This document shows, piece after piece, positions 53,410-64,000 of a stretch of 64,000 bases of DNA. Each line of letters opens with the position of its first letter. Within the stretch, counting starts at the first letter, position 1. The stretch covers positions 12,834,001 to 12,898,000 of the forward strand of contig NC_043014.1 of the NCBI RefSeq assembly GCF_006345805.1, read 5' to 3'. This stretch comes from Octopus sinensis (Eukaryota). A model generated the notes under the pieces. It was given only the letters and a program-made list of their open reading frames with translations, searched no databases and had not been told where the DNA came from. The position numbers and the translations under genes were made by a program.

Positions 53410-53570
53410 CTAAACATTCTTGTGATTGATGTGACAAGGATCAGTGGAAAAAAATTGAAAATCTCGCCATTTTCCAGTTTCCAGATGGAGTTGCTGGCTT
53501 ATTCGAAGCCGTGGCATTCGAAGGTGACAAAGCTATTTGCCAACAACGAGAAACATTTCTATTTATTAAT
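53410..53570 (-). other. Candidate first exon of an unidentified minus-strand transcript
   Basis: Strong donor TTAG|GTAAGT at 53410; YY1-like AAAATGGCG at 53466-53474; CpG-retaining surroundings. The first ATG (53470) gives a 9-codon ORF (MARFSIFFH*); a later ATG (53417) gives M-F plus a phase-2 split. The 5' boundary is approximate. Confidence 0.4.
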
Positions 53571-53904
53571 ATCCAATAATAGTACAATATCTTTTTATTT
53601 ATTATTTTATTGATCAAAATAAAAACATAAATGGTAGATTGAATGATAGGTAGGTAGATTGATAGATGGATGGATAGCTAGGACTGTGTCCGTTATTTGA
53701 GATCGTGTGGGGTTTTTTTTAAAACTATACTCTTCAGGTCAATTATTATAATTGATGATGCAGGATTTCCCTGTTGCCGATTTAGAGAAAATAACCCATC
53801 ATGTCAGATCAATACATAGTTTAAAAGTTAATCACTCCATTGGCAAACAGGGATGCGCGCGCATACACAAATAACATGCGTGCAGACGGAGGTAGAGATA
53901 GACG

Positions 53905-54330
53905 TGGGGGGAGAGAGAGAGTGAGAAATCAGTAGAGAGAGAGAGAGATCAGTAGAGTGAGAGAGAGAAATCAGTAGAGATAGAGAGATCGGTAGAGAGA
54001 GAGAGAGAGAGATCAGTAGAGACAGAGAGAGAGAGAGAGATCGGTATATATATATATAGAGAGAGAGATGAGTAGAGAAAGAGAGGGAGAGATAGGTAGA
54101 GAAAGAGAGAGAGATCTGTAGAGAAAGAGAGAGAGAGATCAGTAGAAAGAGAGAGAGAGCTCAGTAGAAAGAGAAAGAGCTCAGTAGAAAGAGAGAGAGA
54201 GAGAGATCAGTAGAGAGAGAGGGTGATGAAGAAAAAAAGAATAGTAGAGAGAGAAATCAATACAGTGAGAACAATAGAAAGAATAAGAGAAATAAAGAGA
54301 GAGAGAGAGAGACGCACACACACACACACA
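53905..54330. repeat. (GA)n-based minisatellite with a recurring ATCAGTAGAGA unit
   Basis: About 400 bp of strand-asymmetric purine-rich sequence. Confidence 0.9.
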
Positions 54331-54772
54331 CGAAGAAAGATAGATTTTCGGTAGATAAGCATTACACGCCGACGCGTACACGTATGTATAACATACGTGT
54401 GTATATTACACGTACATATGTACGTTTATACACGTGTATGCGTGTTAAGACGAACAGGAGACAAAATAATGTAGTTGGATGTTTATTGTGTGTATATAAG
54501 TAAATAATTGGTTTGGTAGAAGCATTAAATGTAGGCGGGTGGATATGAAGAATAGGGAAAAAAATGACTAGACAGGTGGATAAGATGAATGGTTGTCCTG
54601 TGTGACATAACTATTTCTTTTTCCCCTCCTTCCGTGTTTCCTTCCCCCAATTTTTACCAGGTTACAATCCTGATATGTGAGGTAAAACGTTATGTTGAAT
54701 TACACAATGTAATTTACATAATACCCTTAATATTTAAAATCATCACCCTTAAAAGCAACATTAAGGGAAATA

Positions 54773-55158
54773 TCTTTATATATAAAAGAGAAGTTGTGTG
54801 TCTGTCTGTCTCCTACGATTTAGATTCCTAACTACTCCCACATTTTGCGGTGCAGTTTAACCAAAACCGGGTATCTTATAGTCGTGATTCATATCGAGCC
54901 CTTCTGGGTATTAGCGCGCGTCTACGATGAGTCTACGATTTTAAAAATAATTTACCATAATTTTTTTCCATTTTTAATGCATTTTTTCGCTATTATATAA
55001 GGGAAGTAACTCTCTAAAAATGTCTACGATGAGTCAACGATTTTAAAAAAATTACCATTTTTTTCCATTTTTTTGCTATTTTTTGGCTATAACTCTCTAA
55101 AAATGCTTGTATAGTTATTTCCCTTACAAACCCGAGCAACGCCGGGCGATACTGCTAG
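54773..55158 (+). mobile_element. Non-autonomous Helitron
   Basis: A|TC start; subterminal hairpin CCCGAGCAACGCCGGG; CTAG|T end; no TSD; internal tandem duplication. Confidence 0.8.
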
Positions 55159-56330
55159 TATCTACTAAAACAGTGTGAATGGTGATTGAGAAATAAAAAG
55201 CAATTTTAAAGACTGGGTTCCCCAAATTTCACTCTGAGAAGAAATTTCCTTCGGGTTCAGATTAGTAGACATTTTACAGGTTCATTTAATTTTTAAAACA
55301 CAGTCTTCAAATACAAATAAGAAATTTGATCTAAAGTTAGAAATTCATTTGGGCTCTTAAAGACATTTAATTGATTTTCAAAGCTTACTGTGATTGTATT
55401 TCTTTAAGTCGAATTATATTTTTATTGTTAAATTTTTTTAAAAACCCCAGCATTTTCCAGTCGAAATGGCACATCAAGCTAAACAGACTACACGTGGTCA
55501 TATCGACCTGTAAGAAATACAATAATTTCTCTAGCATATTTAGGGACACGTCGAATAATGTTGCCTGTGTTACACTTGTCTGATAAAAAAAAATTATTAT
55601 CGTTGTGGATGTAATAGATCTGATCACAACCCAGGGCTGACCTAAAACTAAACAACACATCATTCTGTTGTTAGAAACAGCTTCCAAGTTTTATTCAGCC
55701 CACACACTACCTTCTTAAAGCAGACACATTGAATTATGTAGATCGGAATATACCTTGTGTGAATAAATAAACAAATAAAACGAGATGGAGTTTTCTTTAA
55801 TCATGAATCTCTGCCTATAGAAACCAGCTTGGTGTTAAACTACTTATAATAACCAAGTGGACGGAATGCATGTTTTCTCACGGAGAGGCCTCTAGTTCTA
55901 CCAGCAATAATATGGTCCAAAAATTTGTAAAAAAATTAGGAGTATAGCTAAGAATATTGTAAGGCTTTTTCGAACGTATATGAATGAACTATAAAGTACT
56001 GGTCTAAATAGTTTTAACAAACCAATATTAATATTTTATGCAGCCAAGCGCTGGGGGTGAGGGAATTATTTAGAACACGTGTGTATTCCTTTATTCTTTT
56101 AATCTGTTTCCACCATTTGACGGCAGCCATGCTGGAGCACCGACTTGAAAATGGTTTTAGTCGAATGAATCGACCGTAGAACTTTTTTTTTTTACGCCTA
56201 GTACTTATTCTACCGGTTACTTTTCGCCGAACCGCTAGCTTACGGCGATGTAAATACACCAACACCTGTTGTCAAACGGTGATAGGGAACACACACACAC
56301 ACACATACATACATACATATACATATATAT

Positions 56331-56728
56331 GGCGATCTTTCGTCTCAAGAAGACCTTTCCATCGATTTCCGTAAAAAAAATTTTTTTTACTTATGGGCTT
56401 GCGGGAACTTTTGAAGTAATATACATACATATACACATACACCGAGTAAAAAAATTTCAGTTATCTCTTTCTTTCACACATTACTCTGTCTCTTCACACA
56501 CACTAACAGAAGCACTTCACTTACACAACATACTGTCTGTCTCCCACACCCCATCAAACACACACACATGTACATCAATGCTTCACATGCACAGTAACTT
56601 CAAAAGAACTTCCCTCGTCAGTCTCTTTCGCTCTCATTACTTCAAAAGTTCCCGCAAGCCCATATGTAAAAAAAAAAAAAAATTTTACGGAAATCGACGG
56701 AAAGGTCTACTAGAGACGAAAGATTGCC
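56331..56728. mobile_element. Foldback/MITE with about 90-bp inverted arms, inserted in a SINE
   Basis: 56331-56420 is the near reverse complement of 56636-56728; SINE halves lie on either side. Confidence 0.65.
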
Positions 56729-57234
56729 GCCTTGGTCGGCCTAAGGCTACAGTAGAAGACACTTGCCCAAGGTGCCACGCAATCGGACTGAACCCGGAGC
56801 CATGTAGTTGGAAAGCAAGTTTCCTACCGCACAGCCACGCTTTGGCACAGGACTAGCAATTCCGTGGAAGGGGTAAGTCGGTTACATCGACCTTCACAGC
56901 TCAAGTGGTACTTATTTTATCGACCTTGACTGCATGAAAGTCAAAATCGCCGACCTCGGTGGAATTTGAACCTCAGAACATGGAGACAGACGAAATGCCG
57001 CTTATCATTTTGCCTGGCGTGCAAACAGTTTTGTGAAGTAGCCTCCTTCGTCTGCCGTTATGTTCTGAGTTCAAATTCCGCCGAGGTCAACTTTGCCTTT
57101 CATCCTTTTGGGGTCGATAAATTAAGTACCATTTACGCACTGGAGTCGATGTAGTCGACTTAATCCCTTTGTCTGTCTTGTTTGTCCCCTCTGTGTTTAG
57201 CCCCTTGTGAGTAGTAAAGAAATATATATATACA

Positions 57235-57629
57235 CTAGCAGTATTGTCCGGCGTTGCTCGGGCTTGTAAGGGAAATAACTATATAAGCATTTTTAGAGTG
57301 TTATAGCCAATAGATAGTAAAAAAATGCATTAAAAATGGAAAAAAAATTATGGTAAATTTTTTTAAATCGTTGATTCATCGTAGACATTTTTAGAGAGTT
57401 ACTTCCCTTATATAATAGCGAAAAAATGCATTAAAATGGAAAAAAATTATTGTAATTTTTTTTTAAATCGTAGACTCATCGTAGACGCGCGCTAATACCC
57501 AGAAGGGCTCGATATGAATCACGACTATAAGATACCAGGTTTTGGTTAAACTGCACCGCAAAATGTGGGAGTAGTTAGGAATCTAAATCGTAGGAGACAG
57601 ACACACAACTTCACTTTTATATATAAAGT
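57235..57629 (-). mobile_element. Second copy of the same non-autonomous Helitron, inverted
   Basis: Highly similar to the reverse complement of 54773-55158; CTAG at 57235-57238. Confidence 0.8.
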
Positions 57630-58600
57630 TATATATGTAAGAAATTTGTTTTGGCCTGTCATGGAGTGGCATTTGCTTTCGCAACTATAGAGTGCTTAAC
57701 AGTATAGTCGAGCGGTATATTACTTGTTATGGAACGTAACGGGTCAGAATATTACAGATGGTTCCGCGCTAACCATCGCACAATATATTGATGACTCTTG
57801 AGACACGTCGGCTTCTTTTATGTAGGTGTATGTATGTGTATATATGCACATATATAAAATTAGTATAAACACCAGTTTTCAATGTTTTACCGAAAAGGAG
57901 AATTACGAATGTCACTAAATGTGACTGGGGTGTTAGGAAACGACCCCATTGCTAGAAATGAGAGCTAAACCGCACTAATGCTGCGGTTCACACACATGAA
58001 TGGAAATGTATACGCTTGCCGGGACCATAATCGTCCGAAAAGTGCTGATCGAGAATTCTCGTTAACGACAACATTAGAGCAGTTTAGTTCTTATTTCTAG
58101 TAATGTAGTGTTTCCTAACACCCTAGTCGAATTTAGTGGCATTTGTGTATATACACATACACACACACACACACGCAGTGAGGGTTGGTTCGGTGATACT
58201 AAAACGTATCGGAACGAAAATATAGTGAAAAAATGATAACATTTTCCGGGTGAGAGAGAGAAAGAAGAGTTACCTCCCATGGGTCGGTGCCAGCTTTGGC
58301 TTAAGGCTATCGCCTGTCTGTAGGTATATTCTCTTATTCTTTCAGTGGTTTCAGTCATTTGATTGCGGCCATGCTGGAGCACGTTTATCATTTTCCTAGA
58401 CCGAGGGCGGCAACGAAATAGCTCGTTTGTTTTAGTTTGAGAAAACATCTAGATCGTGTGAATTTTTGTAGAATGGTTCTCTGTTCGGTCAAGCATCGAA
58501 TGTAACGTCTACTTGCAGTCAGATATGGTCCAGAGAACGACAGACATGTACACACACACATAGCTGACACTCTTCTACATACATACATACAGATATATAC

Positions 58601-58797
58601 ATATATATATAAAATATAAATTAGAGATAAAACCACTATTATGCAACTCAAACAGTGATAGACATAAACCAAAATATAAATGACAAATAAGATATATTTT
58701 TATAAAACATATAACTTATAACTAGATCTCACCATGTCTATCACTGTTTGAGTTGCATAATAGTGGTTTTACCTCTAATTTATATTTTATATATTTA
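58601..58797. repeat. Inverted repeat (about 64-bp arms, 68-nt spacer)
   Basis: 58601-58665 pairs with 58734-58797; nearly perfect. Confidence 0.9.
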
Positions 58798-58879
58798 TAC
58801 TGTGAAATTTGATTTAATACTAAATTGAATTTTCCCTGAAAGTTTGAAGTTATACTCCCTAATACTATTATAATTATTA

Positions 58880-59342
58880 TGCCAGCTCTGTCTGGCCCCC
58901 TTGTTGGTGGCACGTAAAAAAGAACCATCCGTTCGTGTCCGTTGCGTCTCGCCTGGCCCCCGTGCCGGTGACACGTAAAAGCACCATCCGTTTCGTGGCC
59001 ATTTGCCAGCTCTGTCTGGCCCCCGTGTTGGTGGCACGTAAAAGCACCATCCGTTCGTGTCCGTTGCCAGCCTCGCCTGGCCCCGTTCCGGTGACACGTA
59101 AAAGCACCATCCGTTCGTGGCCGTTTGCCAGCTCTGTCTGGAACCTGTGCAGGTGGCACGTAAAAAGCACCCACTACACTCACGGAGTGGTTGGCGTTAG
59201 GAAGGGCATCCAGCCGTAGAAACACTGCCAGATCTGACTGGGCCTGATGAAGCCTTCCAGCTTCACAGACCCCAGTTGAACCGTCCAACCCATGCTAGCA
59301 TGGAGAACGGACGCTAAATGATGATGATGATGATGATGATGA
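58880..59342 (+). repeat. Abundant LINE-tail-like repeat (family C) with tandem GCACGTAAAAAGCACC units and a (GAT)n tail
   Basis: GGTTGGCGTTAGGAAGGGCATCCAGC...GGACGTTAAACGATGATGAT. Other copies at about 3250-3645 (+), 5175-5460 (-), 12260-12450 (+), 20432-20800 (-), 28330-28610 (+), 33923-34260 (-), 43365-43750 (+), 48600-48770 (-). Confidence 0.8.
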
Positions 59343-59594
59343 TATATATATCTATACATATATTTCAAATTAATATATTTCGTAATGAATGCCATAATTA
59401 CTTAATATAATTGCTAATTTATTTATTTAGGTATATTGCTGATAGTAAGGGTTATAATGTGTATTCTTCTAAATCGCTTATTATTCTGGAATCATTAAGT
59501 CTAGAAATTGGTTTAAGATATTCTCCTACGTTTATTTTAATTTTATCATGGAATGTTTATTTAAAATTTATTAAATCTATACATATGTATACAT

Positions 59595-60340
59595 GCATCT
59601 CCTGCTCTTTCAGCCCTTCTCTGTATATCGGTCAAATGGGACGCCGCTCAGCTGACCTGTTTGTGAAGCGTCTCCGAGACATTAGACTTGGCAATGACAT
59701 CCAGGTCACATGCCATTTCCACTCTTTCAGCAATTCATTACAACACCTGTCTGTCTTTGGATTGTCTTTGTACAGGTGCCATCTGAACTCCTGACTTCAC
59801 CGTGAACAGGAATTAATCTTCTCTCATTGCTCCTTTGAGCCATATGGACTCAATTCCCCTTTTCTTTGTCTGACACCTACTTCCTCTCTTCATTGATACC
59901 ACCTCCACCCACACCCCACTCCCACATATGCAACCCCTACACCACTCCATGCACTAGCAATGACCACTTCCCAGCATGCACACCACACATAACAGACACA
60001 CACATACATCCACATATCAATGTCACTAGCCCCTATCCACACACACACACACATGCATGTGCACTATTTTAGGATCACCAATACTTTATTATCTCCCCTT
60101 CTTTCTACCTCTCCTGTCAAACCATTTTTTCCCAACCAGCCACCATGCTTGATTGCTAAATCCACAAGTTTTTTTTATTCTCTCTCTCTTTATTTTCTCT
60201 TATTCCTTTCTGTAGAAGAGCATAGGCTCGAAACATAAAAGATTTTCTCTTTCCCGAGCGTCAAACTAATGCACCTGCTTGTTGTTCATACACCCATCTT
60301 CATCTTTTGTTCTTCTGTAAATTGCAACTATATATATATA
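59595..60340 (+). mobile_element. Penelope-like element 3' part: GIY-YIG endonuclease remnant plus terminus with a degenerate hammerhead
   Basis: SLYIGQMGRRSADLF..RLRDIRLGND..HF...L.VFGL...HREQELIF....PYGLN; terminal CTGTAGA-A-GAGC atag GCTC-GAAAC at 60210-60234. Confidence 0.75.
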
Positions 60341-60349
60341 TATGGTATA

Positions 60350-60800
60350 TGAAAGGTGGAAAATGGATTATATGAGAATTATTAATCACAATTGTTTCGA
60401 CATATCTAGCATCAATCCCTCATATATTTCTGTTATGAATATAAGTTCTCTATCCTGTAACTAATTAATATAATTGTTAATTTATTTATTTGGGTATATC
60501 AGTTGAAGTATGGGTTATAATTTGTATTCTTCCAACTGGATTATTATTCTGGCATCATTAAGTCTAGATATTGGTTTATTCAAATAATGCCTATCTAATT
60601 GTATTATTTGGATCATTAGACGCATGTTTGTATAGTGTCTATTTAATTTTGTGTGGGCGGCAAAATCCTCTTCCTCTCTTATTGTTGATTAATTTGTGAT
60701 CTGGAAAATTTCTTCTATGCATAAGTCACATCTCTTGTCCCCAATGCTAAAAGATTTTGCCCGACTAATTACTTCCTACTTCAGTGTAGGAAATAAAAAT
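60350..60800 (-). mobile_element. Penelope-like (probably Naiad/Chlamys clade) C-terminal fragment; related partial copy at about 59400-59585
   Basis: Minus strand encodes LK*EVISRAKSFSIGDKRCDLCIEE.FQI then, after a frameshift, LINNKR....CRPHK. Clade assignment is from memory of the W..I..A..(Y/F)....C.LC..E motif. Confidence 0.5.
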
Positions 60801-61118
60801 GATAATATTAACAATAATGCAAATGATTTGAATTGTATAGAAGATAAGACATCCCTAAAAAAAAGTAATTTCTTTCTATACAAAACTTCATATAATTTTT
60901 TATGTTATCTTATATCATATCCATAGTATATTATGTTATATTATAATATAAATAAAATATTAGATTGACGATAGAATCTCTCCATTTAATTTATTGTTTG
61001 TAACTTGCATTATACCCCAATTTATGTGGTACTCAACTAACATACCTGTGAATTGGATGTTTTACACACCCCCTTGAAGGAATTCTTTTCCTTAGCTTGT
61101 TATATATATATATATGTA

Positions 61119-62361
61119 CAGGGTGTGTAAGATATTTGAGGACAGATTTATGTTTATAAAAAACAGATATATAATAACAGATGATAACTTTATTTATTAA
61201 AAAATGCTATGAGGATAAAAATAAACCTTCTTTTCTATAATTTTATTCAATAAAGCCACCTTCAGCTTCAACAATTGCTTCTATATGAGATCTAAATCAT
61301 CTACATGCTCGAATCAAGTGGTCCTAGTTCAATTTGGACATTACTCTCACTATGGCAGCTTTCAAAGAATCTTTAGTGTTACGGGCATGTTCGTTGACCT
61401 CACTTTCAACAATGCTCCACATGTAATAGTCCAATGGATTGAGATCTGAAGAATTAGGAAGGCAAATATTAGGGGTTATGTGATCATGAAAATTTTCAGC
61501 CATTCATTCCTGTGTTACAAGAGCCATGTGTGATAATGCAGAGTCTTACTGAAACACATATGGCTTTCCACTGTCTATCTAGGGCTTAAGTTCCAGGACC
61601 TCAATGTAGGCAGCAGAGTTAACTCTAAGGCCTTGTGGAAAGAAGTAAAGAAACATCACATGTCCTTCATTGCTGACAACTCCTAAAACCATGACAATTG
61701 CAGGAAATTTTGTATGCATAACACTTGGGACTTCAGCAGGGTCTGCATATAACCATTTACCATTTCTTCTGTTAACTTTTTTGATCTTGGTCGATGTTTT
61801 TCTCGTTTTGAGTAAAACCAAATCTAATCTCCTTCTGTTGGATTTTTCAGTTTGTTTAAGAGCCTTTTAGATCTGATGTAGTGATATTCTTTTGCTTTTT
61901 CTGACAAATTGACCATTCCTCGTCATATAAGACATATCTGATGTCTTCGTGGAAGATATTTATGATTGTTCCTTCTGACATATGGAGATCTTTTGCAATT
62001 GATCTCATGGACTTTCTGGGATTGTAATCAATGGTCTGTTGAACTTGCTGGATAAATTCAGGTGTTCTGATGATTTCAGAGCGTTTAGAATGCTTTTTAT
62101 GCTTTGATACTGGTGGTACATTTCCATTTTCGGTCTGTAGCTCCTTACAAACTTTGTAGACGAAAGATCTGGCAAATTTTTTTTTAAATAGTTCTAAATC
62201 GCTATGCTCAGCCTCTATAACCACAGTTACAGCATGCCTCTTCATTTCTTGAGTAAGCTGAGGGTCTGCCATTATTATTTTCTGAAACAAAGATTATACA
62301 GAGTGAGCAAAAAATGCAGCAATGACCCCAAAAAATGTCCACAAATATCTTATGCACCCTG
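61119..62361 (-). mobile_element. Full-length degenerate Tc1/mariner, DD37D (maT-type)
   Basis: TIRs CAGGGTGTGTAAGATATTTGAGGACA / TGTCCACAAATATCTTATGCACCCTG with TA on both sides; transposase remnant with QDSA...NSSDLNPLDYYMWS and 37 residues counted between the 2nd and 3rd Asp; several premature stops and frameshifts. Confidence 0.9.
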
Positions 62362-63299
62362 TATACTCGTCTCCTTCTTCTTAGTTTCCGTTGTTTCTTT
62401 CATTGTTCCTGATTTATGTCAGTGCCATCGATGGTCAGTGAAGGCCTTGTTTGGAATTGATGGGTTTTTTGTTGTATCCTTTTCATTTCTTTGATGATGT
62501 TCTTCAAAATGTCATAAACCTATCTTGAAGTGATGTCATGTTCAGTCATCTGCACACTTCTCCCAGTAATTAAAGTTGATGTTCATGCTTTTCATTGTCA
62601 TCATCATCTATTTTAGTTGGTCTTTTTTAGTATCATGTGGTCTCTTGCCGGTTTTGAGTTCACAGTAGGGGATTTGGCGTGGAACTCTGAGGTAGTGTTT
62701 GCTGTTGATAGCCTCAATGGTGTTGGCTTTGACCTGTCCAAGGACTGTACAGTTGTTGACATAGTCCTACCATTTGATCATAATCGAAATTTCTGTTTAT
62801 GAAATCGTTCTAGATTTCGGATGTCCAGGCGATGCTAAATCCATGTCTCAAATTTGTAGAGTAACATGGATACAACTACAGCTTCACACATCATGGGTCT
62901 GGTCTGCAATTTCAGGCTCTTATTACAAAAAAATAAAAATCTCGAAATTCATTGATGCTAAGTGATACTCGCCTATTCCCCAAACAGGCTCTAACCTCAA
63001 TCGAGGAGATGTGTCAGACTCAGATCAGAAAGATTCAATTCAGAGAGAAAAGGCTATTAAGCTTTGACAATATGCCACAGACCTTAGAAATCCCTATGCC
63101 TGGACAAAGGAACTATACAGCCCAACCCATGTTTGAACAGCTATTTTGAAAACTGCCAACATCATCCAAATTCTCTAAAAGTACAATTGACATGATATTC
63201 TGTGCAAGACAGTTCCAGCAAAAATACAGAGAATGACAGGAATCTTTCTTGTTTATCTTATATGATCTCAAAAGGCTTTTGACCTCCTGCCAGTCCATG

Positions 63300-63890
63300 A
63301 AATGCCTGTTATATCCTGCTTCAGGAAAATTTAGTTTGAAACCAAAAATCTGATCATTGAAAATTTAAAAACAAACCCTAAAGCATTCTTCAAATTTGCT
63401 ACAGAAATGGCCTTAGTTGCAGATGTTCTTTGAAATGCTTGTCCATTTGCACATGAAAATGGACAAACCAGGTGAATACTTTGCCACTACATCTGCACAT
63501 AGCGAGGCAGTCATTTATTAATTATATCAGCATAAAAGATAATGATGTAATACTGGCCAAAGATGAAATAAGCCTCAGCTCAGTTACTGGTCCTAATGGC
63601 TTCCCAGCAATCCTTCTGAAAACCCAGTAAAACTATTGTAGTCTCTTTCCGAAGCTATCTTGCAAGTGGCAAGTTAAAGGAAAATATAATATGCCCCCTT
63701 CATAAAGGCGGAAGCAGTGCAGACGCTAAAAATTATAGGCTTATCCCTCTGACCTCACAGATTAGTTATGTCATGGAACAAATTGTCAGAAGGAAACTAA
63801 TCGTGTTCCTTAAAGAAAGTGACTTGCTGAGTAACATCCAGCATGGTTTTCAATCAGGATGAAGTTTTCTGATACATCTCCTACAACACT
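63300..63890 (+). pseudogene. CR1-like LINE RT N-terminal fragment
   Basis: GPNGFPAILLK; NYRLIPLTSQI..VMEQIVRRKL..FL....LL..IQHGF. Confidence 0.7.
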
Positions 63891-64000
63891 GGGGATTAAA
63901 GCAGTTGCTGAACCACTTACTACTTGTACTGCACATAAAAAACACCATTTGAGCATGGCCGTTGCCAGTACCGCCTGACTGGCCTTTGTACCGGTGGCAC

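Noticed and set aside
53410-53470. Signal-peptide exon MARFSIFFPLILV...
   Set aside because: Counting the T-run gives 7 T, so the frame stops after MARFSIFFH. Kept only as a possible assembly-error scenario.
56269-56856. 195-aa ORF
   Set aside because: Runs through a SINE, a microsatellite and a foldback MITE.

Overview
AT-rich, repeat-dense animal genomic DNA. The SINE and LINE-tail families look like those of Octopus/cephalopods (recalled from memory, not verified by search). One complete protein-coding gene can be reconstructed: nuclear poly(A)-binding protein PABPN1 on the minus strand (7 coding exons, 26044 to 16037, 645 nt, 214 aa, all introns GT-AG and phases consistent). The most interesting part is its intron 5, which lacks the SINE/LINE copies found in neighbouring introns. 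It holds a candidate 319-nt poison exon containing 11 oligo(A) tracts spaced about 11-12 nt apart, plus a 7-nt frameshifting micro-exon or recursive splice site, together suggesting a PABPN1 self-sensing splicing/NMD circuit (inference). The remainder is mostly mobile DNA: tRNA-derived SINEs, RTE and CR1-like LINE fragments, Tc1/mariner elements (one DD37D), hAT and Tc2-like MITEs, Helitron pieces, Penelope-like fragments with hammerhead motifs (one near-intact, with a compensated U3-A8 pair), and a solo-LTR-like 1-kb insert carrying a 129-codon ORF. A second, unidentified minus-strand transcription unit may start near 53.5 kb. Nearly all ORFs in the supplied track are spurious (microsatellites or repeats).
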